IMG/VR virus record: IMGVR_UViG_3300021420_000001
Location: 1-64,000 of that record
Reading direction: 5' to 3' (one strand)
Origin: a virus
DNA: 64,000 nucleotides
Shown piece after piece: positions 19,890-29,174 of this stretch (position 1 is its first letter; each line of letters opens with the position of its first letter). The notes beneath the pieces were generated by a model that saw only the letters and a list, made by a program, of their open reading frames with translations, had not been told where the DNA came from and ran no database searches. Made by a program: the position numbers and the translations under genes.

Positions 19890-20022
19890 TGAAAAGACCC
19901 ACCGTGGATCACTCCAGGTGGGCCAAGTCGAGGGAGGACGAATCCCCCTTACGGGGGCGTAACCACGGTCCCGAAGGACCGCTTCTCGTGCGCTAGGTTT
20001 TACTAGCGAAGTTCTCATTCGT
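19890..20022 (-). ncRNA. candidate structured sRNA with anti-Shine-Dalgarno UCCUCCC
   Basis: Three hairpins (one cUUCGg, one GUAA tetraloop) closed by ACGAAU/AUUCGU, then UCCUCCCU and the terminator. Confidence 0.5.
19892..19924 (-). terminator. intrinsic terminator of the late (-) arm
   Basis: Minus-strand GGCCCACC-TGGAGTGATCCAC-GGTGGGTC hairpin followed by TTTTC, at the convergence of the two arms. Confidence 0.7.
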
Positions 20023-20023
20023 A

Positions 20024-20302
20024 TCAATGGGTCGTTTGACGCGATTCACGCATTTGGTTGAGTACGTATTCGGCAAGACCAGTCTCGGTCGTGCTATGAA
20101 TCATTGTCCACGGCATTTCGATTGTAATGATTTTATCATCCATGACGATGGCGATCTTGAAACTTTCCTTGTCACGCGCAGCATTGATCTTTTCTGCGAA
20201 CCGTACATCGATATTTTCACCACGCTCGGCCGCCTTAAGGGTCGCCGCTATCTTGTCGGCCTGTGCCTTGAGTGCGGAGAGCGGGGAATGCTTGGTAGTC
20301 AT
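20024..20302 (-). CDS. hypothetical protein
   Basis: ATGA-coupled ORF. Confidence 0.65.
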   Translation of the reverse strand: MTTKHSPLSALKAQADKIAATLKAAERGENIDVRFAEKINAARDKESFKIAIVMDDKIITIEMPWTMIHSTTETGLAEYVLNQMRESRQTTH

Positions 20303-20715
20303 GCCCCAACCCGAGTGCCGTCATCCCAGATGAATTCCCCGTCTTCTCCAACTGGAAAATGTTTACCACACCCTACGCAGAACGTACCACTATAGAAGAA
20401 CGGATCACGTGCGTACGTCTCTGCGATTGAGAACGACATCGTCGTCTGGACCCCGCAACCGTTGCCGCCAAGTTTTTCTTCCGTAGCCGGAGGAGGGCCC
20501 ACATGAACATAAAATCGCCGCACCGGGCGAACAAAACCTCTACGGCGCTCCTCATCACTCAGGATAACATAACCCTTCTGCTGGCCATTCGGTTTCAGTT
20601 CCCGATGATCCTCTGTAATAGGACTACCATCAGTGAGCGTACGCTTTGTCCTATCGACCGCAGGAACTGCACCCGACGAATGGGCCAGATCATCTATCGT
20701 TTTGCGAAAGTTCAT
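20299..20715 (-). CDS. conserved phage protein, putative Zn-binding
   Basis: H...CG..TTM...IAETYARDP.FY..TFCVGC..HFP pattern. Confidence 0.7.
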   Translation of the reverse strand: MNFRKTIDDLAHSSGAVPAVDRTKRTLTDGSPITEDHRELKPNGQQKGYVILSDEERRRGFVRPVRRFYVHVGPPPATEEKLGGNGCGVQTTMSFSIAETYARDPFFYSGTFCVGCGKHFPVGEDGEFIWDDGTRVGA

Positions 20716-20721
20716 ATCAAA

Positions 20722-21183
20722 TCATACTCCACCGGGGGTCACGTAGCAATACACAGGATACTCCCCTCGCTGCGTCACAGCGCCAAGGAAGATGATTCCA
20801 TGACCAGTTGGGTTTCCCTTATCCCATTTCATCTTCTTGTTCGGAACAGGTATACGTGAACCGGTCGCCAGGACGCCACGTCCATCGGTAATGATGGCGA
20901 CGTAGTGATCCCCCTCGATCTCGAATGTGTCGGCTTCGAAGGCGTCAGCTTCACCGCAACAGGATTGCCAAGGCGTATCGGGCTGTTTCAGGTTCTGGAA
21001 CCACTGGCGGATGATCTCAGGATTCCCGGTCCACTGGCCGTTGTCCCGGCCGTGGGCTGCTACTAGTGGTAGAAAGAGCATGAGAGCCAGAACGAGAAGG
21101 AGGAGCCAGACCCCGGTACCAAGGATGGTGACGAACGTAAGAAAGAGTTCATTAGCGTAACGTGGGGTCAGGGTTTTCTTCAT
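20722..21183 (-). CDS. exported/membrane-anchored Cys-containing protein (SCCGEADA motif)
   Basis: Long hydrophobic N-terminus; WF..L.QP...SCCGEADA, GNPTGH and YCYV. Confidence 0.7.
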   Translation of the reverse strand: MKKTLTPRYANELFLTFVTILGTGVWLLLLVLALMLFLPLVAAHGRDNGQWTGNPEIIRQWFQNLKQPDTPWQSCCGEADAFEADTFEIEGDHYVAIITDGRGVLATGSRIPVPNKKMKWDKGNPTGHGIIFLGAVTQRGEYPVYCYVTPGGV

Positions 21184-21190
21184 TGCTACC

Positions 21191-22210
21191 TCAAGGATAC
21201 GCATTTTCTGGAAGTCTGTCGGCCGTCGAGATCGGATGAACGTCGTCCATGACGTGATCCTTAATTCCTGAAGCCAACCACATCGCGTGAAGGTCTTTCG
21301 GTTGGTTTGCTGTAATCGTTCCACGCAGGCGGATTGCCGCAACCTTGTTTGGAATCAGTTGCGTGTGGTTGTATTCCGTTTGGTTGCTGGGTCCGTAAGG
21401 CAGATAAAGACCAACAGCATCAACAACGCGCTTCCAAATATGAGAAGCACTAGAACCCACGGTTCCGATTCCGGCGATATCAGCAGCCAACCCATAAGAA
21501 TGCAGAGAATTATACTTGTCACTAAAACCGCCCACCCCAAAGGCGGGGGGTCTGTATGCGGAGAAGATGCCGGCATGTTCCAATCCCTTCTCCCGCGCAA
21601 GCCTGATAGCCTCAGCCAATTTGACTCGGAAGTCTGGATGCAATCGTCCAATTGCGACTTCAGGGGTCTGCAAGGACATTGTCAGGCCAACCGTAGCCGT
21701 TTTGATCAAGTAAAGCGTCGCCAAACGAACCCGATCGTAGGCCTCGGCCTCCAAACGGGTCAGGACGGGCAAGGACAAGGGTTCCGGGGTGGGGGCCAGC
21801 GATGCTAGGGAGGGTAAATTTAACGCGCCAGCGACCTTCTCAGCGGGTTTCACCGTGCCCCAGACCCCGAATTGGAGGAAAGATGGCCCCAGAACGACCC
21901 TTTCCGGGGTCGGACGGCCGACTTCGGCCCGAACTGCCTCGAGTTCCTTACGGAGAGCTAGGATATCGGATTGGAGTTTGAGGATTTGAGAGGGAGGCGG
22001 AGCCCCGGTTCCACCACTCAGCCGGGGATGGTGGCGATGGAACCGGCTCTTTTGCTGAGGAACTAAATTTGCGTTCGCTGCGCTCGTCCTCACCGTCCTT
22101 TCAGTCTGTTGACCCCAAGCCGGGGGATAAGTCATATCCGGGGCCTTTGCATAAGCAGCTAGGCCCAACGAAGAAAGCATACTGGCGGCGATGGTAGCTT
22201 GAATGAACAT
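21191..22210 (-). CDS. secreted peptidase M15-like (VanY/endolysin-type Zn peptidase)
   Basis: Signal-peptide-like N-terminus; SAYR...SLHSYGLAAD (SxHxxGxAxD) and EYNH (ExxH). Confidence 0.75.
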   Translation of the reverse strand: MFIQATIAASMLSSLGLAAYAKAPDMTYPPAWGQQTERTVRTSAANANLVPQQKSRFHRHHPRLSGGTGAPPPSQILKLQSDILALRKELEAVRAEVGRPTPERVVLGPSFLQFGVWGTVKPAEKVAGALNLPSLASLAPTPEPLSLPVLTRLEAEAYDRVRLATLYLIKTATVGLTMSLQTPEVAIGRLHPDFRVKLAEAIRLAREKGLEHAGIFSAYRPPAFGVGGFSDKYNSLHSYGLAADIAGIGTVGSSASHIWKRVVDAVGLYLPYGPSNQTEYNHTQLIPNKVAAIRLRGTITANQPKDLHAMWLASGIKDHVMDDVHPISTADRLPENAYP

Positions 22211-22268
22211 TCCCAGACCCCTCTGGTTGATTTAACTTGCCCCGAAACCATACTGAAAATGCTGCTCC

Positions 22269-22709
22269 TTATTTCTTCTTGGCAGTTGTCTGTAGCTGGG
22301 CACTCAAAGTCGCAATCTGGTCATCAATACCTTTAATCGTATCATCGATGGATTTCTGTTGTCCCTGAATAATCTGTAACGCAACAGGGTCTTTTGTCGT
22401 ATGCGTCTGCAAATCGAGACGACCCTTGGCATCTACTTGTAACTGACGACTTCCCTTCAAGGTTTCGAGCCGACCGCTCAGGATGGATAGCCCCTGCTCA
22501 TCCTGCTTAGCCGCGATGGGCGCGACCGCCTTTGTGATGTGGTCATCTACGTAGGTTATACCTGCGGGTTGCCAAAAGCCCAACCCAGTCCAAGCTATGT
22601 AACCCCCATAAAGTCCTACCAACATTCCTCCCGCTATTGTTGCAATCTTCCAGATGCCGGAATACACGATCTGAGCCGGATTTATTTTCCGGCCATCCGG
22701 TATGTCCAT
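22269..22709 (-). CDS. membrane-anchored coiled-coil protein (lysis region, spanin-like?)
   Basis: One TM followed by a coiled coil; function not established. Confidence 0.55.
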   Translation of the reverse strand: MDIPDGRKINPAQIVYSGIWKIATIAGGMLVGLYGGYIAWTGLGFWQPAGITYVDDHITKAVAPIAAKQDEQGLSILSGRLETLKGSRQLQVDAKGRLDLQTHTTKDPVALQIIQGQQKSIDDTIKGIDDQIATLSAQLQTTAKKK

Positions 22710-22992
22710 TGCTTTTTTCCTTTTTTGGGTTGTATTCCTCTTCTGTACCATCAGAACAAACCTTTTAAGGATAGATCTGCTCAAATACCCGAGCGACGTA
22801 GATTCCGATACCGATAATGGCTACGACGAAGAGGGACCACATAGCCCCTCTCAATCGAGTTGATTGATTCACTTGCCACGGGAGTTTACGTTTGAAAGCA
22901 GGCTTCATCTGAGACAACTCCAACCCAGCCGAGAACGCTGCCAGGAAACAAGAAAGGAAAGGACCCAAGTTGGGTCCAGTTCCTCCAGCATT

Positions 22993-23178
22993 TTATGCAT
23001 CGTCGATGGGCCGACCGAAAACCTTCCAGCCCAACAACAGAAACAGGATGAACTCGAACAACGAACCACCGATACCGCTGAAGTGGGTGATCTGCGAACC
23101 ACCCACGCCAGTGTATACAATGATGCCGAAGACGAGCCAGATAAGCATCAGCACGTAAAATATCAGGCGCATTGACAT
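22993..23178 (-). CDS. small two-TM membrane protein (holin-like candidate)
   Basis: Two hydrophobic helices, 61 aa; SD AGGAG. Confidence 0.6.
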   Translation of the reverse strand: MSMRLIFYVLMLIWLVFGIIVYTGVGGSQITHFSGIGGSLFEFILFLLLGWKVFGRPIDDA

Positions 23179-23214
23179 GATAGTACTCCTTCGTTACCCT
23201 GCAAACCCTCTAAA

Positions 23215-23403
23215 TCAATAGTCGCGCTCGTCCAATGGAATAAGATCACCCTCAGTCGCTGTAATTGTCAAGGCGTGGTTGTCGAGCCGGACGCGCCAGG
23301 TCCCTTCACGTAATCCCTTCTCGGTAATCGTGCCGGGCAGGTTCGTTATTTTACTGGCATGGAAGTGCCGATAGAAGACCCGCTGGTTCGGCTTGAAGTC
23401 CAT
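23215..23403 (-). CDS. small SH3-like hypothetical protein
   Basis: FKPNQRV...GTI...WRVRLD beta pattern. Confidence 0.55.
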   Translation of the reverse strand: MDFKPNQRVFYRHFHASKITNLPGTITEKGLREGTWRVRLDNHALTITATEGDLIPLDERDY

Positions 23404-23423
23404 AGAGCCCCACCCCCATGAAA

Positions 23424-24245
23424 CTAAACGCCATGATTTATAAAGAGAGCAACTGCGGCGATTGCTACGGAAATTGCCAGAAAAACCAATCCAGCAAACG
23501 TAAGGGTCTGGCTAGTATCCGCGCGAGTATCCTCTTTCTGCGTACGTTGAGAAGCGACCCCGACCTCTCCCCGATCAACGCGACTACTCAATGCCGAAAT
23601 CTTATCGTTGAGGGAGTTAGTGGTAGTCGTCAGTAACGCTTTCAATCCATCTATCTCTTTGACGAATCCTACTTCGCTCTTGGCAAGAGCAGCGGCGTTG
23701 GAAATATTCTGAGCGTTGACCAGCTCCTTTTGTGCCAGCAGGGCGGCGTCAACGGCGATCTTCGTGGCGCTTGCGGCCTGCTCTGTCCGCACATCACGTT
23801 CGGTAAATTGCTTGGCAATACTGGAGAATTTTTCCTCGTTCAAAGCCAGCAGATTGGAGGCCGTCTCGGCGAGCTTTTCGTTGACTCGTTTCTCGGCTTC
23901 AGTAAGGGCCTGCTGCACTTCGCTCTTGGCCGCCGCCAACGAGACCTGCAGGGTGTTCTCGGCTTTATTCAAGGCTGTGGTAGTCGTAGCCTCGGCGGAC
24001 GATAGAGCTTCCTTCCTGGTTTCTTCTGCTCTATCAATTTCTCTTGTGAGAAGACCGTGATGTTCATCGACCCGCTTTTCGAGCTTATCGCAGATTTGTT
24101 CTATGCTTTGGAGCTTTACTTCAACCAGTTCACCAAGCTTACCGACTTCCCGCTGCATTTCTTCGCGTAACCGCTCGGACTGAGCGGTCGTAAGTGCTGT
24201 CGGGTCTTGCCAATTAGGATCACCAGGCTTAGGCATTTTCTCCAA
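23424..24245 (-). CDS. long coiled-coil protein with C-terminal TM anchor
   Basis: Heptad-rich sequence ending in a hydrophobic helix; lysis region. Confidence 0.7.
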   Translation of the reverse strand: MEKMPKPGDPNWQDPTALTTAQSERLREEMQREVGKLGELVEVKLQSIEQICDKLEKRVDEHHGLLTREIDRAEETRKEALSSAEATTTTALNKAENTLQVSLAAAKSEVQQALTEAEKRVNEKLAETASNLLALNEEKFSSIAKQFTERDVRTEQAASATKIAVDAALLAQKELVNAQNISNAAALAKSEVGFVKEIDGLKALLTTTTNSLNDKISALSSRVDRGEVGVASQRTQKEDTRADTSQTLTFAGLVFLAISVAIAAVALFINHGV

Positions 24246-24293
24246 ACCTCATTTTGAGGGACTAGCGTTGAACTCGCTAAGTCCCCAAATTAT

Positions 24294-24929
24294 TTAAGGG
24301 GCAAGGGGTGGGTTATTTACCACTGTTGGATCCTGGAACTCGGCCACTGCCGCAGATGTAGAAACCGGGGTGGGCTTTGTACCAGGAGCCGCCGCGACCG
24401 GCTTAGCTGCAGCGCCAGCATAGTGCGCTGTAATAGCATCACTTGCCGCCTGTTGGATGATAGGCGTCAACGCGGCAGTAAGTTGGCTCAGGTCCGTTGC
24501 CGGTGGAGCCGTACCGGGTTTGCCGGAAATGCGAGAGGCGATGAAGTCGATATTGGCATCCGTGATATTCCCAGTCACGTTGGCCGGCAGCTTGGAAATC
24601 ACAAGGTTGACGATATTTTTCTCGTCCATCCCCATGGACTTGACCGCACCCGGGACCATGTCCAGCACGTATTTAGCCGCCATAGCGGTCACACCCGAGG
24701 CGACTGGAACCGACATGGAACCATCCTTGGAGGCAGCATCGATCCGATTAATGGCATGATTGACGCCATTCTCGGCCGCACTCAGGATAGCGTTGCGCGT
24801 ATTCTCGTCCTTGACATGACCTTGCAGCCAGTAGGCCAGGATACTGAGGACGGCCAGGAATACGGCCTGCATCGCCGCCTGGATAAGCGGCGCAAAGTCG
24901 AGTACTGTACTACCGGAGGTACCGATCAT
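24294..24929 (-). CDS. putative holin (LL-H-like)
   Basis: Single N-terminal TM then ILSAAENGVNHA helical domain; ATGA-coupled to the endolysin. Confidence 0.55.
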   Translation of the reverse strand: MIGTSGSTVLDFAPLIQAAMQAVFLAVLSILAYWLQGHVKDENTRNAILSAAENGVNHAINRIDAASKDGSMSVPVASGVTAMAAKYVLDMVPGAVKSMGMDEKNIVNLVISKLPANVTGNITDANIDFIASRISGKPGTAPPATDLSQLTAALTPIIQQAASDAITAHYAGAAAKPVAAAPGTKPTPVSTSAAVAEFQDPTVVNNPPLAP

Positions 24930-25777
24930 AACGCTGTAGCTCCTGTTTTGGGGAGAGCGGCTTCGAGGGCGGCTACTGTCTCAGGTCCAGCAATACCATC
25001 GATCGTGATGTTGGCACGATCCTGAAAGGCGGCGACCGCGTTTCTGGTCATGCGGCCGTAGGATCCATCAACAATCAAAGGCGGATGCGCGAGCTGAAGC
25101 GTATTGAGAGACTGCTGGAGCCAGATGGTCGATTTGTCTGAAGCGTGCTGACCACCAATGCCAATCAAGGTCGGAGTCGGTACATCCTCTGGAGCCGGAG
25201 CCGTTCCTGTACGAGGAAGTGATAGCGTAGAATCAAGTTGGACCATCTGCCAAGCTACCGGATAGCATCCGAGTTGACTATCCCAAGCAGTCGGGTCCCA
25301 GACACCGTCACTGACGTACTTTCCGCCATCATAGATGTTGGTGCCGGCCCAGTCATAGCCGGACTGCTTGCCGTGACTGAGTGGCCCGAAGCCGTTGTAC
25401 AGGAGCCACTCGTAGATCGCGCGCTCCCAAGACCAGTCGTTGACCTGATTGAGACGGTCCAGGGTCAGGGCATCGATAGCGCCGGAAGCCCAGTCCCGGA
25501 AAGGCCCACGTCCACGTGGGACGTGGACTGAAGGACGGTTGAGAGGATCCCCATTGCCGAGATAGGTTGAGAAGTCGGCATCACTCTCACGCTCGTGAAT
25601 GGCGGCGATGACAATGATGGGAATGCCCGTACCAACCGAAACGTGGGCGTACTGATCCTTGAAGGTGAGTAGGTGTCGTGCAACGACTTCAACTCTTGCC
25701 TGACGGGCAGGCAGAATGACAGCCTTGTTCAATTGAGCTGCAATGATAGGTTCAAGTTCGGTGAAGGGGTGTTGCAT
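24926..25777 (-). CDS. endolysin: lysozyme-like domain plus C-terminal peptidoglycan-binding domain
   Basis: AIHERES, GNGDPL, VPRGRGPF, YNGFG; WLQQSLN...VDGSYG..TRNAVAAFQ...IDGIAGPET. Confidence 0.85.
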   Translation of the reverse strand: MQHPFTELEPIIAAQLNKAVILPARQARVEVVARHLLTFKDQYAHVSVGTGIPIIVIAAIHERESDADFSTYLGNGDPLNRPSVHVPRGRGPFRDWASGAIDALTLDRLNQVNDWSWERAIYEWLLYNGFGPLSHGKQSGYDWAGTNIYDGGKYVSDGVWDPTAWDSQLGCYPVAWQMVQLDSTLSLPRTGTAPAPEDVPTPTLIGIGGQHASDKSTIWLQQSLNTLQLAHPPLIVDGSYGRMTRNAVAAFQDRANITIDGIAGPETVAALEAALPKTGATAL

Positions 25778-25795
25778 GTTATCGCGCTCTCCCTT

Positions 25796-26671
25796 TCAAC
25801 CCCGTTGAATGCGGCTACCGCCGACGATGCCCACGGTGCTGGCACTACCGTGGATGGTGCATGTCCTAGATGACCCGAAGCAATTGGTCGCGCCGATGAA
25901 GCAATTCGGATCGTTGTTGTAGATGTCAGGCCCAACCTCGCAGTTGGATAGCAGGAGTGCCATCGCTGATGTCATGACGACGCTGCCGCCGAGGACACCA
26001 TCGCTAACCGTGATGATGGATTTATGGATCCCCAAATCGTCGATCATGATTGCGGCGATGCGCCACGCGCCAGTGAAGTCGCAGCCGCCCGTGAAGTGAT
26101 TTTCGGACAGGACGTCGCCGCCCCAACTCTGCGATTGGAAGAACGAATAGGCCGGGGCGATGCTGCCAGAGACATCCGAGATGACGTTGTGGTAACGATT
26201 CGATCCGACCGAAACGATATTGGCGTTCAAGGGAGTCGAGACCGTGCTGTCAGAGAGGATACCATCGACGCCGCCGTTGTAGATCGCGTTATATCCGCCG
26301 AAAATGTTGCAGCGATGGATCGCATACTTGACGTTGTTCTCGATGTGGATCGTGTTTCCGCTGACTGTCCCGCCGTATACGCTAAGGTCACGTAGTCCGG
26401 CCTGGTTGCACGTCGCGTCGAGGTAAATTGCCCTGGATGGGTTGGCAGTACCGACTTGCAACAAGGTTGAAGTCTGCGTCGATCCTTCGAGAACGACGCC
26501 GCCTTTGAGTACTATGCCACCAGGGATGCCAAAGCGGGTCGCGTCCATCTGCACACGCCCGCCGGAATGATTCGCGTAGAGGAAGTCAATTGCGGCTTGG
26601 ATTTTCGTGGTGTCGTCGCTGCCGTCGCCAGCGCAGCCGAAGTCCGTGATCGCATTTACCGAGAAGGTCAC
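25796..26671 (-). CDS. pectate-lyase-like beta-helix protein (tailspike/depolymerase candidate)
   Basis: N-terminal DFGCAGDGSDDTTKIQAAID then beta-helix-like repeats. Confidence 0.7.
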   Translation of the reverse strand: MTFSVNAITDFGCAGDGSDDTTKIQAAIDFLYANHSGGRVQMDATRFGIPGGIVLKGGVVLEGSTQTSTLLQVGTANPSRAIYLDATCNQAGLRDLSVYGGTVSGNTIHIENNVKYAIHRCNIFGGYNAIYNGGVDGILSDSTVSTPLNANIVSVGSNRYHNVISDVSGSIAPAYSFFQSQSWGGDVLSENHFTGGCDFTGAWRIAAIMIDDLGIHKSIITVSDGVLGGSVVMTSAMALLLSNCEVGPDIYNNDPNCFIGATNCFGSSRTCTIHGSASTVGIVGGSRIQRG

Positions 26672-26674
26672 TGC

Positions 26675-28021
26675 TTAATTGATCCGGAATGCTGATAACA
26701 CGCTGGCCTTGGCATTACTATCAAGGGTAGATAGTATATTACCCGTCGTCGCGTTAATCTCACGACAGCTGATCGTAATATTGCTCGCTGGAGATGCCAA
26801 GTACCCTGATAGGGAGATTGAAACACCAATACCAGTTGTTGATTGTTGGCCTGTACCAATTGAAATTACAGTCGTTCCATCCCAAAGCTTGCAAAAATAC
26901 TGCGCTGTCGCGGTGCTGGCATCATAGACAGTCACGGTTCCGCTCGCATACCACGTTCCCGTACCGCCCTGGGCAACAGTAGGTCCAGTGAAGTAGTTGT
27001 TGTTGTTGTTGAGTGCGACATTGGAACCGAGCGCATTAGTGAATTCAGAGAGTGATACTGCGCAAGTCGCGGTAACGCAAGATACCCCATTGCCTGCCGT
27101 AATGGCCCCGGTCAGGGTACCAAAGGATGAAACACCAGAGGAAGTCCCAATTCCAGCGACAGTGGTTTTCTTTATGGCTGTTCCCGCAATATCCCAGATA
27201 ATGACCTCGTCGGTCGAAGCGGGAGAAGCCTTAAGGGTTAGTCCGTCAATTGTGAAGTCGGTACGAGCCGCCGAACCTGTTGTCACATTGCCAACGAGGG
27301 TGCTTGCATTGGCATTGTTGAGCATCGGGAGCGTAACAATTCCCGGACCTGTGGCGAACTGGCCGGCGGCAATAGTCCCACTTAAGCCAGAGAAGGGCAC
27401 CACAGTGTAGGTCAAAGACCCAGCGGCATTCAGCCCTGTTGCGAATTGGTTTGATCCCCCCGTACTGGGGACCACCGTAATAGAGACCATCCCAGCATCG
27501 TTCTTAGCCGAAAAGACCTTCTGGGTACTATCAACGTAGAGCGCAGTCGAACCCAAGACTGGCGTTGAAGGGGATACTACATTTGCTAATGTGAATGGAT
27601 TGTTCAATGCGTAGGTTGTCACCCCTGATGGGAACGTAACTGCTAGTGGGGATATTGCGGCAAAGCTGGCAGAAGTAGCACCACCTAGAGGCCCTATTGT
27701 AGTGCCGTTAATCTGCACATAAAGACCCGCCGAAGTCGTCCACGTATCCCCGTTATTGGGTGAAGATGGAGCCGTTCCAGGAGGCAGATTGACTCCGGCA
27801 GCGGAAGCAATAGAGGGCGTCGTAATGAGCGGACCACTCATGACGCCGCCCGCTGCATTCAATGGGACATATCCAAGACTATTCTGCTTGGCCGTAAAAC
27901 AAGAGTTCCACTGGCCCGCAGTTAGCACTGCGCCATTGATAATGTATGGGCAAGTGGATTGCGCCCGTGCTCCAACAACGGAGAGGGTTAGGAGTACGAA
28001 GCTGAAAAGAAGCTTTTTCAT
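26675..28021 (-). CDS. fibre-like Ser/Thr/Gly-rich protein with Sec signal peptide
   Basis: MKK-hydrophobic core-ARA|Q; APSSPNNGDTW and GVSSFGTLTGA fibre motifs. Confidence 0.7.
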   Translation of the reverse strand: MKKLLFSFVLLTLSVVGARAQSTCPYIINGAVLTAGQWNSCFTAKQNSLGYVPLNAAGGVMSGPLITTPSIASAAGVNLPPGTAPSSPNNGDTWTTSAGLYVQINGTTIGPLGGATSASFAAISPLAVTFPSGVTTYALNNPFTLANVVSPSTPVLGSTALYVDSTQKVFSAKNDAGMVSITVVPSTGGSNQFATGLNAAGSLTYTVVPFSGLSGTIAAGQFATGPGIVTLPMLNNANASTLVGNVTTGSAARTDFTIDGLTLKASPASTDEVIIWDIAGTAIKKTTVAGIGTSSGVSSFGTLTGAITAGNGVSCVTATCAVSLSEFTNALGSNVALNNNNNYFTGPTVAQGGTGTWYASGTVTVYDASTATAQYFCKLWDGTTVISIGTGQQSTTGIGVSISLSGYLASPASNITISCREINATTGNILSTLDSNAKASVLSAFRIN

Positions 28022-28030
28022 ACTCTATCC

Positions 28031-29173
28031 TCAGTCGTAGAATTCGTCGATGATAATGATACCAGAACCGCCCGTACCTCCGTTCGTCCCCCCAGAGGCT
28101 CCGGCCCCAGCCGATCCACCTGCAGCCACAGTGTAGACATAAGACGCTGACAGACTGGTGAGTAGTATCTCCACGTATTCACCAGCGGCACCGCCACCAC
28201 CGGTCCCAATGGCGCCATTGCCGGAGGTACTCCCACCGCTCGCACCGGCTCCGCTATTTGGTATACCGGACACCCCAGCGCCCGAATATGAAGGGAGTTG
28301 GCCCGCACCGCCAAAAGGACCAGAGGTACCAGAACCACCAGTAGACAACCCTGCGCCATTAGCGGGACCGCCAAACTGACCGGAGTTGCCTGGGATACGG
28401 ACCTGAGCAACACCACTACCACTACCACTACCAGTCCCGCCACCGCCACCGCTACCACTGACAGAAGCACTACCGCCCCCACCACCATTGGCTACGACAG
28501 CGCCGAACCCACTGGCTTGTCCGGCTCCACCGCCAGTAGCCGCAGCGTTAGAGGACGAACCACCACCGCCACCGCCGCCCCCAATCATTCGAATATTCAA
28601 TCTTTTCGCATTAGCTGGGACGGTGTAAGTTGAAGTCCCAGTTCCTGTAAGCACTGTACGCGTCGGAAATGCTCCGCTAGCAGCAGTTGTGACGCGCCCC
28701 GTAGCGTCTACCGTCATCTTTGGTCGGGTATACGTCCCGGCTGCAACGCCGTTAGCTAGAATGAGATATGTAAACCCAGTCCAGTTGGCGCCCCCAGTGT
28801 CGGGGTCGCTCATATTGTTGTCTACAGTCGAGAGCCACCAGTTCCCAAACGTGGCGGACGCGATGACAGCGCCATTAGGATAGCCGCCAATCGCCGATTG
28901 AAAGGTAGCATCATAGCCAACCGGACCACCGGCTTGCTGCCATTGGTTCCACTGCGTGATCTGCTTCAGCAAGCCATTGAAATCCTGCCCAAAAGGGCCA
29001 ACACCGCCCGCTGAAGGTACCAGGAATGTATTCGGGGGAAAGCCATCAGTTAACGAGGCCGCTCCATTCTGGATACTGATCTGCGAAGCCTGCGGGATCG
29101 TACGAATATACGGCGACCCCGCCGAATTGGCGAAGGGAATGGGGAACTTAGCGGGTAGTTGAGAATCTTGCAT
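28031..29173 (-). CDS. tail fibre protein with glycine-rich C-terminal domain
   Basis: PAKFPIPFA...GAASLTDGFPP...GQDFNG...IGGYPNGA baseplate-attachment N-terminus; follows the DUF2612-like gene. Confidence 0.85.
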   Translation of the reverse strand: MQDSQLPAKFPIPFANSAGSPYIRTIPQASQISIQNGAASLTDGFPPNTFLVPSAGGVGPFGQDFNGLLKQITQWNQWQQAGGPVGYDATFQSAIGGYPNGAVIASATFGNWWLSTVDNNMSDPDTGGANWTGFTYLILANGVAAGTYTRPKMTVDATGRVTTAASGAFPTRTVLTGTGTSTYTVPANAKRLNIRMIGGGGGGGGSSSNAAATGGGAGQASGFGAVVANGGGGGSASVSGSGGGGGTGSGSGSGVAQVRIPGNSGQFGGPANGAGLSTGGSGTSGPFGGAGQLPSYSGAGVSGIPNSGAGASGGSTSGNGAIGTGGGGAAGEYVEILLTSLSASYVYTVAAGGSAGAGASGGTNGGTGGSGIIIIDEFYD

Positions 29174-29174
29174 G

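Noticed and set aside
19938-20022. Self-cleaving ribozyme (hammerhead, hairpin or pistol)
   Set aside because: I could not place the conserved cores, for example CUGANGA with GAAA.
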